Shown: positions 44,390 through 53,329 of the stretch, piece after piece
How positions within the stretch are numbered: position 1 is the first letter of the stretch
Layout: each line of letters begins with the position of its first letter
Assembly: GCA_041650515.1 (NCBI GenBank)
Contig: JBAZLA010000002.1
Location: 167,659 to 231,658 of the forward strand
DNA: 64,000 bases
DNA from: Patescibacteria group bacterium
Lineage (GTDB): Bacteria > Patescibacteriota > Patescibacteriia > JACRDY01
Direction of reading: 5' to 3'
The notes under the pieces: model-generated
Told to the model about the DNA's origin: nothing
Seen by the model: only the letters and a program-made list of their open reading frames with translations
Database searches by the model: none
Program-made: the position numbers and the translations under genes

Positions 44390-45403
44390 TTAGACTTCAA
44401 TCCCTCGGCTGTCTTCCTCCGTGGAAACCGGATACGCCCAGTGGTCGTACATTGTTTCAATTTTATCATCAGTCAGATCTGACTCCATCACCGACGCCAC
44501 TGGCTCAGCCGCCACTCGCACCGGCACCAATTGCGGCTCAGCTGAATTCAAAATATTCTCGATACTAATTTTGGTCTTAGCTACTTCGCCATCATTACTA
44601 AACCGCACCGGAATCACCGCCTCATCATCAATCGTCTCTTGAGCTAAAACCGATTGAGATTGTGGTCGAGCGTTGACTAATGTTTTATTTAGAGCCGCCG
44701 CCAGATCGCTATTCAATCTAGTTGTAGCTACTGTTTTATTTTTTTCTTCGCCCAATAAATAAATCACGGCTAGACTTAAAACTGCACCTAGCGCTAGGGC
44801 GATCCCCAGATTTATAACGATGTTAGGCTGGACTGGGTAACGTGAAGTTAACGGCGCATCAATATTTTTGATTCCAACTTCTTGGCCACCGCCATGATAC
44901 TCTGATCCCTGGTTAACCAAAACCGAGGAGATCGCTTGGGCGTAGGCAATCGCCTGATTGCGATTGTGATGATAGACCTCGATTTTTAAAATACCGGTCT
45001 CGGGCACCACCTCGGCGTTGACTGTCCGCTGCCATTCTTTTTTGCGCTCGATCGGATCAATCGATAGATCATCTTTGAGGGTGGAATTAGTCTGCGTCAC
45101 CCGATCTAGAAAAGATGAGGTATAAACCACCGAAGCTAGATTACTAGCCATCTTCTCAGCGGAACGCAAGGCCGTATAGGCATCAATCGAGGCCCCCTGC
45201 TTTTGGATAACCAAAAGCTGGATGGTCGAACGGTATTTGAAAGTCTGGACCAAGGTCAAAACCAAGGTAATAATCAAAATACCGCCGATAATACCAACTA
45301 AAATTTGGTAACGACTTTTCACTAGTTTTAGATACTGATTTAAATTCATAAATTTAAATTTAGATTTAAATAAATTATAAATAAATAACCGATCAAATAA
45401 CAC
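44390..45403 (-). CDS. Polysaccharide co-polymerase (Wzz/chain-length determinant)-like protein
   Basis: 337 aa. Two TM helices (ILVGIIGGILIITLVLTLV near the N-terminus, NLGIALALGAVLSLAVIYLLG near the C-terminus) flanking a periplasmic domain. This is PCP/Wzz architecture, and the gene sits in the polysaccharide locus. Confidence 0.65.
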   Translation of the reverse strand: MLFDRLFIYNLFKSKFKFMNLNQYLKLVKSRYQILVGIIGGILIITLVLTLVQTFKYRSTIQLLVIQKQGASIDAYTALRSAEKMASNLASVVYTSSFLDRVTQTNSTLKDDLSIDPIERKKEWQRTVNAEVVPETGILKIEVYHHNRNQAIAYAQAISSVLVNQGSEYHGGGQEVGIKNIDAPLTSRYPVQPNIVINLGIALALGAVLSLAVIYLLGEEKNKTVATTRLNSDLAAALNKTLVNARPQSQSVLAQETIDDEAVIPVRFSNDGEVAKTKISIENILNSAEPQLVPVRVAAEPVASVMESDLTDDKIETMYDHWAYPVSTEEDSRGIEV

Positions 45404-45632
45404 GCGTAATTATTTAGCTAAAATTAGCCAATTTTTTTCGCTGTTAATTCTAAAAATGATCTTTACTTTTAATCCCGTACCTTAGCATAAACATGAATCT
45501 TTGTCAACAAGAAGTCTTTTGGGGATAAATGAGCTCCAGCACCTTCATATTTATAATGCCACCGAACAAAAAAACAAACATCAAAAAAGGACCACTTCGA
45601 TCCCCTTTTTTATTAAATAATCTTTATTAAAA

Positions 45633-46886
45633 TTATTCTCCCAACTTCTCCAATTTAACCGTTATTTTAAGCTCTTGACCCTCAGGCACGGCGGCTGATT
45701 GGCGCCAAACGGTCAGACTAACTTCGTCGCCCACTTTATAGCCCTGAATTAACTGCGCCAAACTTTGACTTTCGTTTATCTCTTCGCCTTCAACTTTTAA
45801 GATAACATCGCCAACCAATAAACCAGCGCTCTCGGCCGGACTCTTTGGCCGGACGCCAAGAATGTTCAAACTTTTATTACTATAAAGCAACGCTCCCCTA
45901 CCGAGCTGACGAACTTCTTTGGCTGCGTCCGCAGCCAAAACTAAATGCGACAGATCTAAATAATTTACACCCAAATAAATACGTTGAACCTGCTGATCTT
46001 TTAAGACTTGATTAATTAAAACCGCAAAATTATTCAGAGGCAAAATCACTTTAGCTTTTTCCCAACTAACAACCAAACCAATCACTTGCCCTTGGTCGTC
46101 AATCACCGGGCTACCAATCGGCGCGTCAGCTAAGTCCTCATTGGTTAAAATATAATTATCCAATTGCTCCGACGACATCACTCGATCTGCTGATTGATTA
46201 GCTGGCTGATAAAAAGTATTTTGAATATTAACAATTTTGGTGCCGCCAGCGCCGCCCAACGTTAGGCTAACTTGACCAGGCTGGATAATCTGACTTTTGT
46301 TAAAATGCAGAATCGGCAAATTAGTCGCGGCGATTTTACAAAACACAGCCTCAGTCAAAGAGTCGGCAATTACTCGCTCAATAGAATATGTCTCGCCGCG
46401 TTTGGTCGCTACAACATAGTTTGCATAATTGCCTTTTATAACCTGCTTGGTCGTTACCAACCAACCGTCATTAGTCAAAATAAAACCTCGACCCAAACTC
46501 TCGTCATCAAAGTAAGAGCTAAGCAAAACATCCGAACCGGCGTTATCTTTTTTTACAAAAAAATTGACTGTCCCCTGTTCCAGATTATCTAACAAACCAC
46601 CAACTTGAATCTGTTTAGCTGTTCCCAGTAGTGAATTCTCCGACCGACGAATAACAATCTCTAATGGCTCTTCACCACCGCTCTGGGATATAAATTTATA
46701 CTGACTCAACAACTCATAAAAGTTGCTGTTCAAGTCTTGGAGTAAACGAGTATCCAAAAAATAATTAAGAAACAACGACCGAGAAGAAAAATTACCCACC
46801 GCTCCAGCGGCAAAACCGACAATCATCGAAATCAATAAAACCAAAATGATAATTTTTGACCGTTCATTTTTATATTGATCAAACAT
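45633..46886 (-). CDS. Trypsin-like (S1C/HtrA-like) protease homologue with C-terminal PDZ domain and N-terminal TM anchor
   Basis: 417 aa. TM IIILVLLISMIVGFAAGAVG. Trypsin-fold segments GFILTNDGWLVTTKQV and DAPIGSPVIDDQGQVIGLVVS. PDZ-like domain GVRPKSPAESAGLLVGDVILKVEGEEI. The canonical catalytic His is not obvious (TTKQV where TNNHV is expected). Confidence 0.6.
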   Translation of the reverse strand: MFDQYKNERSKIIILVLLISMIVGFAAGAVGNFSSRSLFLNYFLDTRLLQDLNSNFYELLSQYKFISQSGGEEPLEIVIRRSENSLLGTAKQIQVGGLLDNLEQGTVNFFVKKDNAGSDVLLSSYFDDESLGRGFILTNDGWLVTTKQVIKGNYANYVVATKRGETYSIERVIADSLTEAVFCKIAATNLPILHFNKSQIIQPGQVSLTLGGAGGTKIVNIQNTFYQPANQSADRVMSSEQLDNYILTNEDLADAPIGSPVIDDQGQVIGLVVSWEKAKVILPLNNFAVLINQVLKDQQVQRIYLGVNYLDLSHLVLAADAAKEVRQLGRGALLYSNKSLNILGVRPKSPAESAGLLVGDVILKVEGEEINESQSLAQLIQGYKVGDEVSLTVWRQSAAVPEGQELKITVKLEKLGE

Positions 46887-46948
46887 AGGTTACTCTATTT
46901 AATACCCAATTAAAGAATACGTCAACTACCTAGCCACCGCTCAGACGA

Positions 46949-47749
46949 TTACATCCACTGGGCGGTCGCCAAGACCAAAACTAAAATGCTCAAACTAACA
47001 ATCAAATAACGCTTAATCATCTCCGGCTGTAAAATTTTTAATAGCCAATTACGCGACAAATTGATTACCGAATAATAAACCACGGTCAAAACTAAAGCCT
47101 TAATATAGAACGTATTAGGCAAAAAATTTAATACCCAAAAAAGCTCGATCATCACCAAACTGTCGATTAGAATAAACAGCCAACTCTGGCCCAATTTAAG
47201 CCCGGCGATCCACATACTTTGATAAAAAAGTAAAATACAGCAAGCCAAAAGTAGAATCGCTACCACATAAACCGCCCAGTTTAAAAAAACAATCAAACTA
47301 TAGAGAACCGTCGTCAGAACAAAAATAGATAACGTATTGATATTATTAGAAATAATCTCAAACGATCGAGCCGAATAGCTGGCCCCACGATAAAACCGAT
47401 CAAATAAATTCTGGAGGGTAGCTAAAATAACAACGGCGCTTAGCCAAACTAGTACTTGCTGCCACCAAGTCGACTCCAAAATCACTAAGAACCCAAAAAT
47501 AGCCACCACAAAAAATAACGGGCTGAGCGAAAAACGCCAAAATTCCCGGCGATGAAAACTCGACTGTAGTTGACTGACCGCTAGCGGCCGCAGCGTCAAA
47601 TACCAAATCGCTAGAGCAATAACTAATATGGTTAGACAAAAGGCTTCGACAATCGCCAAAGGTTGACCAAGCCAAATTTCCCAAATAACCACCAGCAAGG
47701 CTGGCGCTAAAAAAACGGTTAATCGTTTTAACAAAATATTATCCTTCAC
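46949..47749 (-). CDS. Polytopic membrane protein, hypothetical
   Basis: 266 aa. About 7 hydrophobic helices. No motif recognised. Confidence 0.45.
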   Translation of the reverse strand: MKDNILLKRLTVFLAPALLVVIWEIWLGQPLAIVEAFCLTILVIALAIWYLTLRPLAVSQLQSSFHRREFWRFSLSPLFFVVAIFGFLVILESTWWQQVLVWLSAVVILATLQNLFDRFYRGASYSARSFEIISNNINTLSIFVLTTVLYSLIVFLNWAVYVVAILLLACCILLFYQSMWIAGLKLGQSWLFILIDSLVMIELFWVLNFLPNTFYIKALVLTVVYYSVINLSRNWLLKILQPEMIKRYLIVSLSILVLVLATAQWM

Positions 47750-47757
47750 AATGATTA

Positions 47758-48507
47758 TTATTTGGCCGACTTCGGGACCAAATTTAATTTAATTATCCCC
47801 GGCTCAAGGCTAATCCCTTTTAATTCCAAGGGCACGCCGCTCAATTTACTTAGTTCCGAAGCCAGCATCTTTTGGACATAAGACTCGCCAATAAAACGCG
47901 GGATAACCAAATTACCGATCTTGAGCTGGTTGACCTTAATCTTTTTTTCGTCATCTAATAATGGCACAATATTAACTGTCAAAAAACCGCGCAGTGGTTT
48001 TTCTAATTGAACAAAAAACTCAATCCCACTATCGGCAACGGCCACTTGAACATAACTAACAACCAAACTTTCGCTATCACTCTCCAAAAAACCATTCTGC
48101 ACTACGGCGGTCAACTCGGCCTCGGTTAAACTGAGATCTATTTCTTTAGCTCCCAAGATAACACTTTGGCCCAGCTTATTATTAAAACTCTCCAAATCGC
48201 TCGGCGTGGCTGTTACCAAATGACTCGGCGCCGGGGTCTGGTAAAACAGAGCCGAAAAAATAGGGATCTGGAATAGGCCAGTTCTAGCTAGAGTATAACC
48301 AGCTAGACTGCTAAAAAGTAAAAGCAAAACTAACAAAAAAAGAACGCAATTACCGCAGCTAAATAAGCTTCTTTTTTTGATAACCGTTTTTTCTGGTCGC
48401 AGCTTCTGTGCTTCTTCTTTAATCGCTTGTTGGATATCGGCTGGCGCGCTGGCCAAAGATTGATTGTCGTCTAGGCGAGTCATTATTTTGCTTCTCCTTT
48501 TAGCCAA
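47758..48507 (-). CDS. Hypothetical protein with single TM anchor
   Basis: 249 aa. TM CVLFLLVLLLLFSSLAGYTLA. Extracytoplasmic domain of unknown function. Confidence 0.45.
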   Translation of the reverse strand: MAKRRSKIMTRLDDNQSLASAPADIQQAIKEEAQKLRPEKTVIKKRSLFSCGNCVLFLLVLLLLFSSLAGYTLARTGLFQIPIFSALFYQTPAPSHLVTATPSDLESFNNKLGQSVILGAKEIDLSLTEAELTAVVQNGFLESDSESLVVSYVQVAVADSGIEFFVQLEKPLRGFLTVNIVPLLDDEKKIKVNQLKIGNLVIPRFIGESYVQKMLASELSKLSGVPLELKGISLEPGIIKLNLVPKSAK

Positions 48508-48980
48508 GGATTGTCGGTCAAAATTTGGTCTAACCGAGCATTAGCCTCGTCAACTCGGTCACTATCACCTTGCAACCCTTGCTCTAAAATATTAAAAGTA
48601 ATAACTAGATCTAAATGGAGTCCCTGATATTTGGCGGGCAACTTTAGATCCAACAATTGGTTTTTGGTCTGAGTCGCTAGCGCCAGCCACTTTGATTCAT
48701 CTTGATCATTTGCTAAAATAGCGCTTCGTTGCTGTAGATAGCTAGAAATAATCTCAGTGCTTTTGGCCTGATAATTAGCCGCTAAATCCTGAGTAGCTAC
48801 CTCTTTTTCCGCTTCTGTGGCGGCCTGCATCTCTTGAATCGTCTGAGAACTATCCGGCGAACCAACAACCGGTAGACTATCATTACTCAAACTAGCTAAT
48901 ATTATCAAGATCAAACCAAAGGTCACCAGCACCGCTAATAATAAAACAACGACTTTGTTATTGGCATCTTTCCAAGGCAT
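48483..48980 (-). CDS. Hypothetical membrane-anchored protein
   Basis: 165 aa. TM VVVLLLAVLVTFGLILIILASL. Overlaps the next gene by 25 nt. Confidence 0.4.
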   Translation of the reverse strand: MPWKDANNKVVVLLLAVLVTFGLILIILASLSNDSLPVVGSPDSSQTIQEMQAATEAEKEVATQDLAANYQAKSTEIISSYLQQRSAILANDQDESKWLALATQTKNQLLDLKLPAKYQGLHLDLVITFNILEQGLQGDSDRVDEANARLDQILTDNPWLKGEAK

Positions 48981-49013
48981 ATTTTGTTTTTATTTAATTA
49001 TTTATTACTTAAT

Positions 49014-50062
49014 TTAATTTTCTTCCAGCCGTTCAAAAAAATCAGCCGTAATCACCATCAGAGCCGTCGCTACCGGAATAGCTAATAAAATCCCGATCAA
49101 ACCACCAATCTTAGCGCCAATCATTAGGGCAATGATTGTCACTACTGGATTAAGCCCAACGGCCCGCCGCATAACCTGGGGCACCAGAATATTATTTTCT
49201 AACCACTGCATCACAACATAAAAAATCAAAACAAACAAAGCTAACGACGGTGAAACGGTAAAAGCGACAAAAATCGCCGGGATAGCCGAAAGAATCGGCC
49301 CCAAATATGGAATAAACTCACCCAAAAAAGCGATCAAAGCTAAGACCAAAGCAAACTGACGCATAGTTGGATCAATAAAACCAAACCCGTTCATGCCAAT
49401 AAAAACTAAACAGCCAACAATTAATGACAGAACCACCTGTCCTCGCAGCCAGAGACCGATTTTATCTTTAACCTTGTAGATCAACTGAGTCAAATAAGGC
49501 TGATATTTAGCCGGCGCCACCAGCCGCAGGATTCTTTTAACCGCATTTTCTTCGACAATAATATAAAAAGTAATAACCAAAATGACACAAAAAGAAATTA
49601 CCCCGCCAAAAATGCTAATCACAGTTGATAATACACTCTGACCGCTGTTTTCTAAAGTTAGCTGCAACGATTTTAAGCTCTGCTGAATACTGTCGCCTAA
49701 TCCATGCTGACGAGAATAGTATTAATATTAGATAAACTAGTATCAATCTTCTGCCAATAAGCCGGAAAATTGGAAGAAAACTTCTGAATCTGGTTAGAAA
49801 CTAACGGCACAAATAAAATAATAACTAAACTGATCAAAACGATCAGCGTTAGATAAATCGTCAAAACGCTGACCCAAGCCGGTATCCGATGGCGCCGAAG
49901 CCAGCTAACCAGCGGATCAATAGCCGAAACAAAGATTAAAGCCACAAATAAAATAATCAAAATCCCTTTGATCAAATACAAAAACCATAATAACAAAATT
50001 ACGGCCACGATTTTAAAAATCGAAGAAGTGGAAAGCTCAATTTTGACCTTTTGGTCCGGCAT
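49014..50062 (-). pseudogene. AI-2E family (UPF0118/PerM-like) transporter, interrupted by a frameshift
   Basis: The N-terminal 121-aa ORF (49697-50062) and the C-terminal 217-aa ORF (49014-49667, PYLGPILSAIPAIFVAF motif) together make one ~345-aa AI-2E transporter. The downstream reading frame stays open across the junction (RQHGLGDSIQQSLKSLQLTLENS) but in a different frame from the upstream ORF. That means a single frameshift, or a sequencing error. Confidence 0.55.
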
Positions 50063-50193
50063 AGTAATTTGCTCTAATTATACAAAAAATAAAGCAAAAT
50101 AACAACTTAACCAACCAGCATCCCACTTCTTAGAGAATTGACAAAAACTGATAATCAGTTAATATTATCTTAACCTCAAATAAGGAGTTGCCG

Positions 50194-50457
50194 GTGAGTA
50201 ACAAAAGTTTTGCTATCTGCATGGCTATTGGCGCTCTGATCATCGTCCTACTGTTCTGGGTTACTGACTGGGGACAACACCCCCTCTTCGGCACCCTGGG
50301 CGGTGAAGAAACAGCTTCCACCCCGGCGATAGCCGCGCAGCCAGAGCCAGCCGATTCACCAAGGCCTGATGGTGGCAGCCAAACAACCGAACCAGAATGG
50401 GTCCTGGGCCAAGAAATAGTGGTCCACGGCCGTCGATCAGACGCAAAAACTCAATAA
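50194..50457 (+). CDS. Small membrane-anchored hypothetical protein (GC-rich islet)
   Basis: About 88 aa. RBS aaggag, then a probable GTG start at 50194 (the tracked ORF starts with TTG at 50188). TM AICMAIGALIIVLLFWV. Pro/Glu/Ala-rich tail. Own intrinsic terminator at 50474-50498. Confidence 0.35.
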   Translation: MSNKSFAICMAIGALIIVLLFWVTDWGQHPLFGTLGGEETASTPAIAAQPEPADSPRPDGGSQTTEPEWVLGQEIVVHGRRSDAKTQ

Positions 50458-50473
50458 CCAGGAGGACGCAACT

Positions 50474-50498
50474 AGCGGTTTAGCCGCTTTTTTTTATT
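50474..50498 (+). terminator. Intrinsic terminator after small GC-islet gene 1
   Basis: agcggtttagccgct-tttttttt. Confidence 0.7.
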
Positions 50499-50554
50499 GA
50501 CAGCCGCATATCCATTATTTAAAATATAGCCAACTATCTCAGGAGGATTTTTTT

Positions 50555-50998
50555 ATGAAGCGGACAACTAGCGCGATGTTGGTGATCTTGGCTGGAATGG
50601 TTTTGCTCCTGGTCAACGGACAGGAGCGGTCAGATTACATCAACATGCAGAGCAGTGATAACGCTAATGACAGCAGCAGTATCGCCATCCGATCTATTGG
50701 TCAATCGGCTACCGAGACCGAGACTATCCTGTCGGAATTGGATGTAGTCGTCACCTGCATCGATGCCTATAGCGTTGCCTACTGCGACTGCAGCGCGGAC
50801 ACGCTGTTGACCGAGGAGATGGAACGAGCAGTAGAGCTCTGTGAAACCGGTCATCCGGCCTACGGCGGTGTCTACCTGCAATGTATCATCGACCACTACG
50901 ATGATGCTGATTGTCAGGAGTTGATGGACTGCCTGGAAGAAGTCAGTCAGCCCTATGCTCCAGTGACATTTTCTCCCACCAAAACCACCATCGGGTAA
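50555..50998 (+). CDS. Small secreted Cys-rich hypothetical protein (GC-rich islet)
   Basis: 147 aa. RBS aggagg 7 nt upstream of the ATG. Signal peptide MKRTTSAMLVILAGMVLLLVNG. Ten Cys in the mature part. Own terminator at 51022-51046. Confidence 0.5.
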   Translation: MKRTTSAMLVILAGMVLLLVNGQERSDYINMQSSDNANDSSSIAIRSIGQSATETETILSELDVVVTCIDAYSVAYCDCSADTLLTEEMERAVELCETGHPAYGGVYLQCIIDHYDDADCQELMDCLEEVSQPYAPVTFSPTKTTIG

Positions 50999-51021
50999 CA
51001 GCCAACGCGCTACTACCTCTA

Positions 51022-51046
51022 ACGGGACCTTCCCGTTTTTTTTATT
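51022..51046 (+). terminator. Intrinsic terminator after Cys-rich GC-islet gene
   Basis: acgggaccttcccgt-tttttttt. Confidence 0.75.
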
Positions 51047-51162
51047 GGCTAAATATCCACAATTTAATCTAAAAATCTATTGACTTTTTTATAAAAATAT
51101 TCTACAATTTGATGTCCTTAATTCTAAGGACAAACCGAAAACAACCGCGTAAAGGAGGGTAC

Positions 51163-51789
51163 ATGAACGCGGATGGTCCTAGTTCGACCGAACGGCAGTT
51201 GCGGTTACTTCGCTGGGTGATTGCCCTGAACGTCCTGGCGACAGTAATCGAAATCTTCGGCTTCTGCCAGACATTCAGCCTGGCAGTAGTCGTCAATGTA
51301 GTCATGGGGCTGGTAGATGCCAGCGCCTTGGGCCTCAACTACTACGGTAGGAGGCTCGAGGAAAAAAACGGCCAGCGCAAGGCCAAAGAGGACCGGGCGA
51401 AAAAAATCGCCCACTACTCCAATTTGGCTATCGGTGCCATTTGCCTCGCACCCATGATTTCCGCGGCGTACCGGCTGTACGTCAACCAAACAACCGGCGA
51501 GGTCTTGCCGTTCAACGGCACTCTGATCATGCTGGTTGCCGGCCTCGGACTGCTCTGTGATGGGATCTCCCTTAAGATCTATCCGGAGCAAAACGGCAAC
51601 GAGAGTTCGCCGAATATCCGGTCTGGGAAGATCAAAGTGATCAACGGGGTTGTTAGTTGCGGTACCTCGTTTATCACTGGCGCCATCATCTGGCGCTTCG
51701 GCTTCCATTGGCTGGATTCAGTCGCCGCCATCGGCGTCGGTGGCTTCATCCTGTGGTTGCTCTGGGACGAATTCCGGAACAATCACTGA
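51163..51789 (+). CDS. Polytopic membrane hypothetical protein (GC-rich islet)
   Basis: The tracked ORF starts at 51109, but the RBS aaggagg precedes the ATG at 51163 (MNADGPSS...). Four to five TM helices. No family recognised. Confidence 0.5.
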   Translation: MNADGPSSTERQLRLLRWVIALNVLATVIEIFGFCQTFSLAVVVNVVMGLVDASALGLNYYGRRLEEKNGQRKAKEDRAKKIAHYSNLAIGAICLAPMISAAYRLYVNQTTGEVLPFNGTLIMLVAGLGLLCDGISLKIYPEQNGNESSPNIRSGKIKVINGVVSCGTSFITGAIIWRFGFHWLDSVAAIGVGGFILWLLWDEFRNNH

Positions 51790-51799
51790 TCACCAACCT

Positions 51800-51834
51800 T
51801 GGCCTAAGCTAACCACGCTGCGGCCTTTTTTTAT
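51800..51834 (+). terminator. Probable terminator after GC-islet membrane protein gene
   Basis: ggcc...cacgctgcggcc followed by tttttttatt. The stem is weaker than the others. Confidence 0.4.
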
Positions 51835-51839
51835 TGATT

Positions 51840-51938
51840 AGTACACAGTGCAGAGTACTATAGTACACAGTAACTTATAACCCAGCGACGACAGATTTTA
51901 GATTTCTATGGACTATGTACTAGGTACTGTGTACTATT
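51840..51938. repeat. Heptad-periodic inverted-repeat hairpin element (AGTACNN/GTACTNN arrays)
   Basis: Left arm agtacacagtgcagagtactatagtacacagta. Right arm ctatgtactaggtactgtgtactat. Lies between the GC-rich islet terminator and smpB. Confidence 0.7.
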
Positions 51939-51950
51939 TCTTGGTATAAT

Positions 51951-52424
51951 ATGATTACTTCTATGCCCATTCTTGCTGACAATAAAAAAGCCCTTTTTGA
52001 CTACCAAGTCGTTAAAACTTGGGAAGCGGGTTTGATTTTGACTGGCCAGGAGGTCAAATCTGTTCGCAATAAACAGCTTAGCCTTAAAGAATCTTACGTG
52101 GTTATTAACTTAACCGCTAACCGGTCGCCTCAAGCTTATCTGCTCAACTGCCATATCTCGCCCTACAAAATGGCCGGCCACTTAACTGGCTATGATCCGA
52201 CTCGCACTCGCCGCCTCTTATTACACCAAAAAGAGATCAATTCGCTTTATGGCCAAGCGCAGCAAGCTGGCTTGACATTAATCCCCTTACGAGTGTATAC
52301 TAAGGGAACTAAAATTAAAGTTGAAATTGGCTTAGTTAAAGGAAAAAAACAGTTTGATAAGCGAACGGCCATCAAAAAACGTGAGGTCGACCGCGAACTC
52401 CGCCGTAAATTGAAAAATATCTAG
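51951..52424 (+). CDS. smpB: SsrA-binding protein SmpB
   Basis: 157 aa. DYQVVKTWEAGLILTGQEVKSVR and the C-terminal basic tail (KREVDRELRRKLK) match SmpB. tmRNA lies directly downstream. Confidence 0.9.
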   Translation: MITSMPILADNKKALFDYQVVKTWEAGLILTGQEVKSVRNKQLSLKESYVVINLTANRSPQAYLLNCHISPYKMAGHLTGYDPTRTRRLLLHQKEINSLYGQAQQAGLTLIPLRVYTKGTKIKVEIGLVKGKKQFDKRTAIKKREVDRELRRKLKNI

Positions 52425-52543
52425 TTCTTTATGTGGACCTGTCCCCCTGTTTCGGCGCATCTTAAATTGATAGAACCACAAAGTGAGGCGCCAGCCGCTC
52501 CCACTCCTAAGGTTTTTAAAATGCTTAAGGTGAATGGAAATGG

Positions 52544-52941
52544 GGGGATGACGGGTTTCGCTAGGAAGATTATTGATTAAACTAGGCAAGTCGAGCTAGT
52601 ACTCTCGTAAAACAGGCTAAAAAATATAAGTGCCAACTTATACAACAAAGCCAAACAAGCAGTAGCTTCGCTATTTGCTGTTCCGGCCTTTGCTCCAGTC
52701 GTCGCCTAATTGCGTACGACTCATCGGTCCCTGATGTCTAATAGGGGTTTTACCGGTGTTATACCTTAGACTAGATAAACCGGACGGTCTGGGGCCGTTT
52801 ATCAAAAATTACCAGACTAGGTAAGCTCGGGTTTTGTCCGTTTTCCACTTAGCTGACCGAACCAAACCAAATGTGACTACGCTTGTAGAGCTAGCTTATT
52901 CAACTTTCTAGACGTGGGTTCAACTCCCACCATCTCCACCA
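52544..52941 (+). ncRNA. ssrA: tmRNA (ssrA)
   Basis: 5' end GGGGAUGACGGGUUUCG pairs with the 3' acceptor strand CAUCUCC-A-CCA. tRNA-like T-arm GGGTTCAACTCCCACC. CCA is encoded. Directly downstream of smpB. A candidate tag ORF ends ...AFAPVVA-TAA, but the frame is not verified. Confidence 0.85.
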
Positions 52942-53057
52942 CGTAAAGTCGCGCCTTTGGCGCGACCACGTGGCGCAGCCACGAGGCGACGAAGTCGCTT
53001 TACGTGGTGCCCCGTGTTCCGTGTAGCGGAACTTTACGGGGCGAGACAAGAGTAATT

Positions 53058-53318
53058 ATGTATTATATCGTTTACATCCTAGAAAATAGTAACAAAACTT
53101 GGTACACTGGTTTTACTACTAACTTAAAACAAAGAATAAAACAACACTTACAAAAAGTATCGCCCTTTACCGCCAAAAAATCCGGCTGGAAACTGATTTA
53201 TGCAGAACTATATTTAAATAAAAATGACGCCCTGGGTAGAGAAAAATTTCTCAAAAGCGGTGCCGGCAAAAGATTCATCAAAAAACAGTTAAAAAATTAT
53301 TTAGTAAATAAAAGTTAG
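53058..53318 (+). CDS. GIY-YIG nuclease-family small protein
   Basis: The tracked ORF starts at 53004 inside a GC-rich hairpin. The probable start is the ATG at 53058 (MYYIVYILENSNKTWYTGFTTNLKQRIKQH = GIY-YIG motif, with conserved R and H). Confidence 0.7.
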   Translation: MYYIVYILENSNKTWYTGFTTNLKQRIKQHLQKVSPFTAKKSGWKLIYAELYLNKNDALGREKFLKSGAGKRFIKKQLKNYLVNKS

Positions 53319-53329
53319 TTACAAAAAAA

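Noticed and set aside
52544-52941. Considered whether the ~160-nt repeats are hammerhead or twister self-cleaving ribozymes
   Set aside because: The conserved core reads CUGAUUA...GGAC, not CUGANGA...GAAA. No GAAA/UH cleavage-site context is present. The twister consensus could not be confirmed from memory, so this is left as an unclassified structured repeat.
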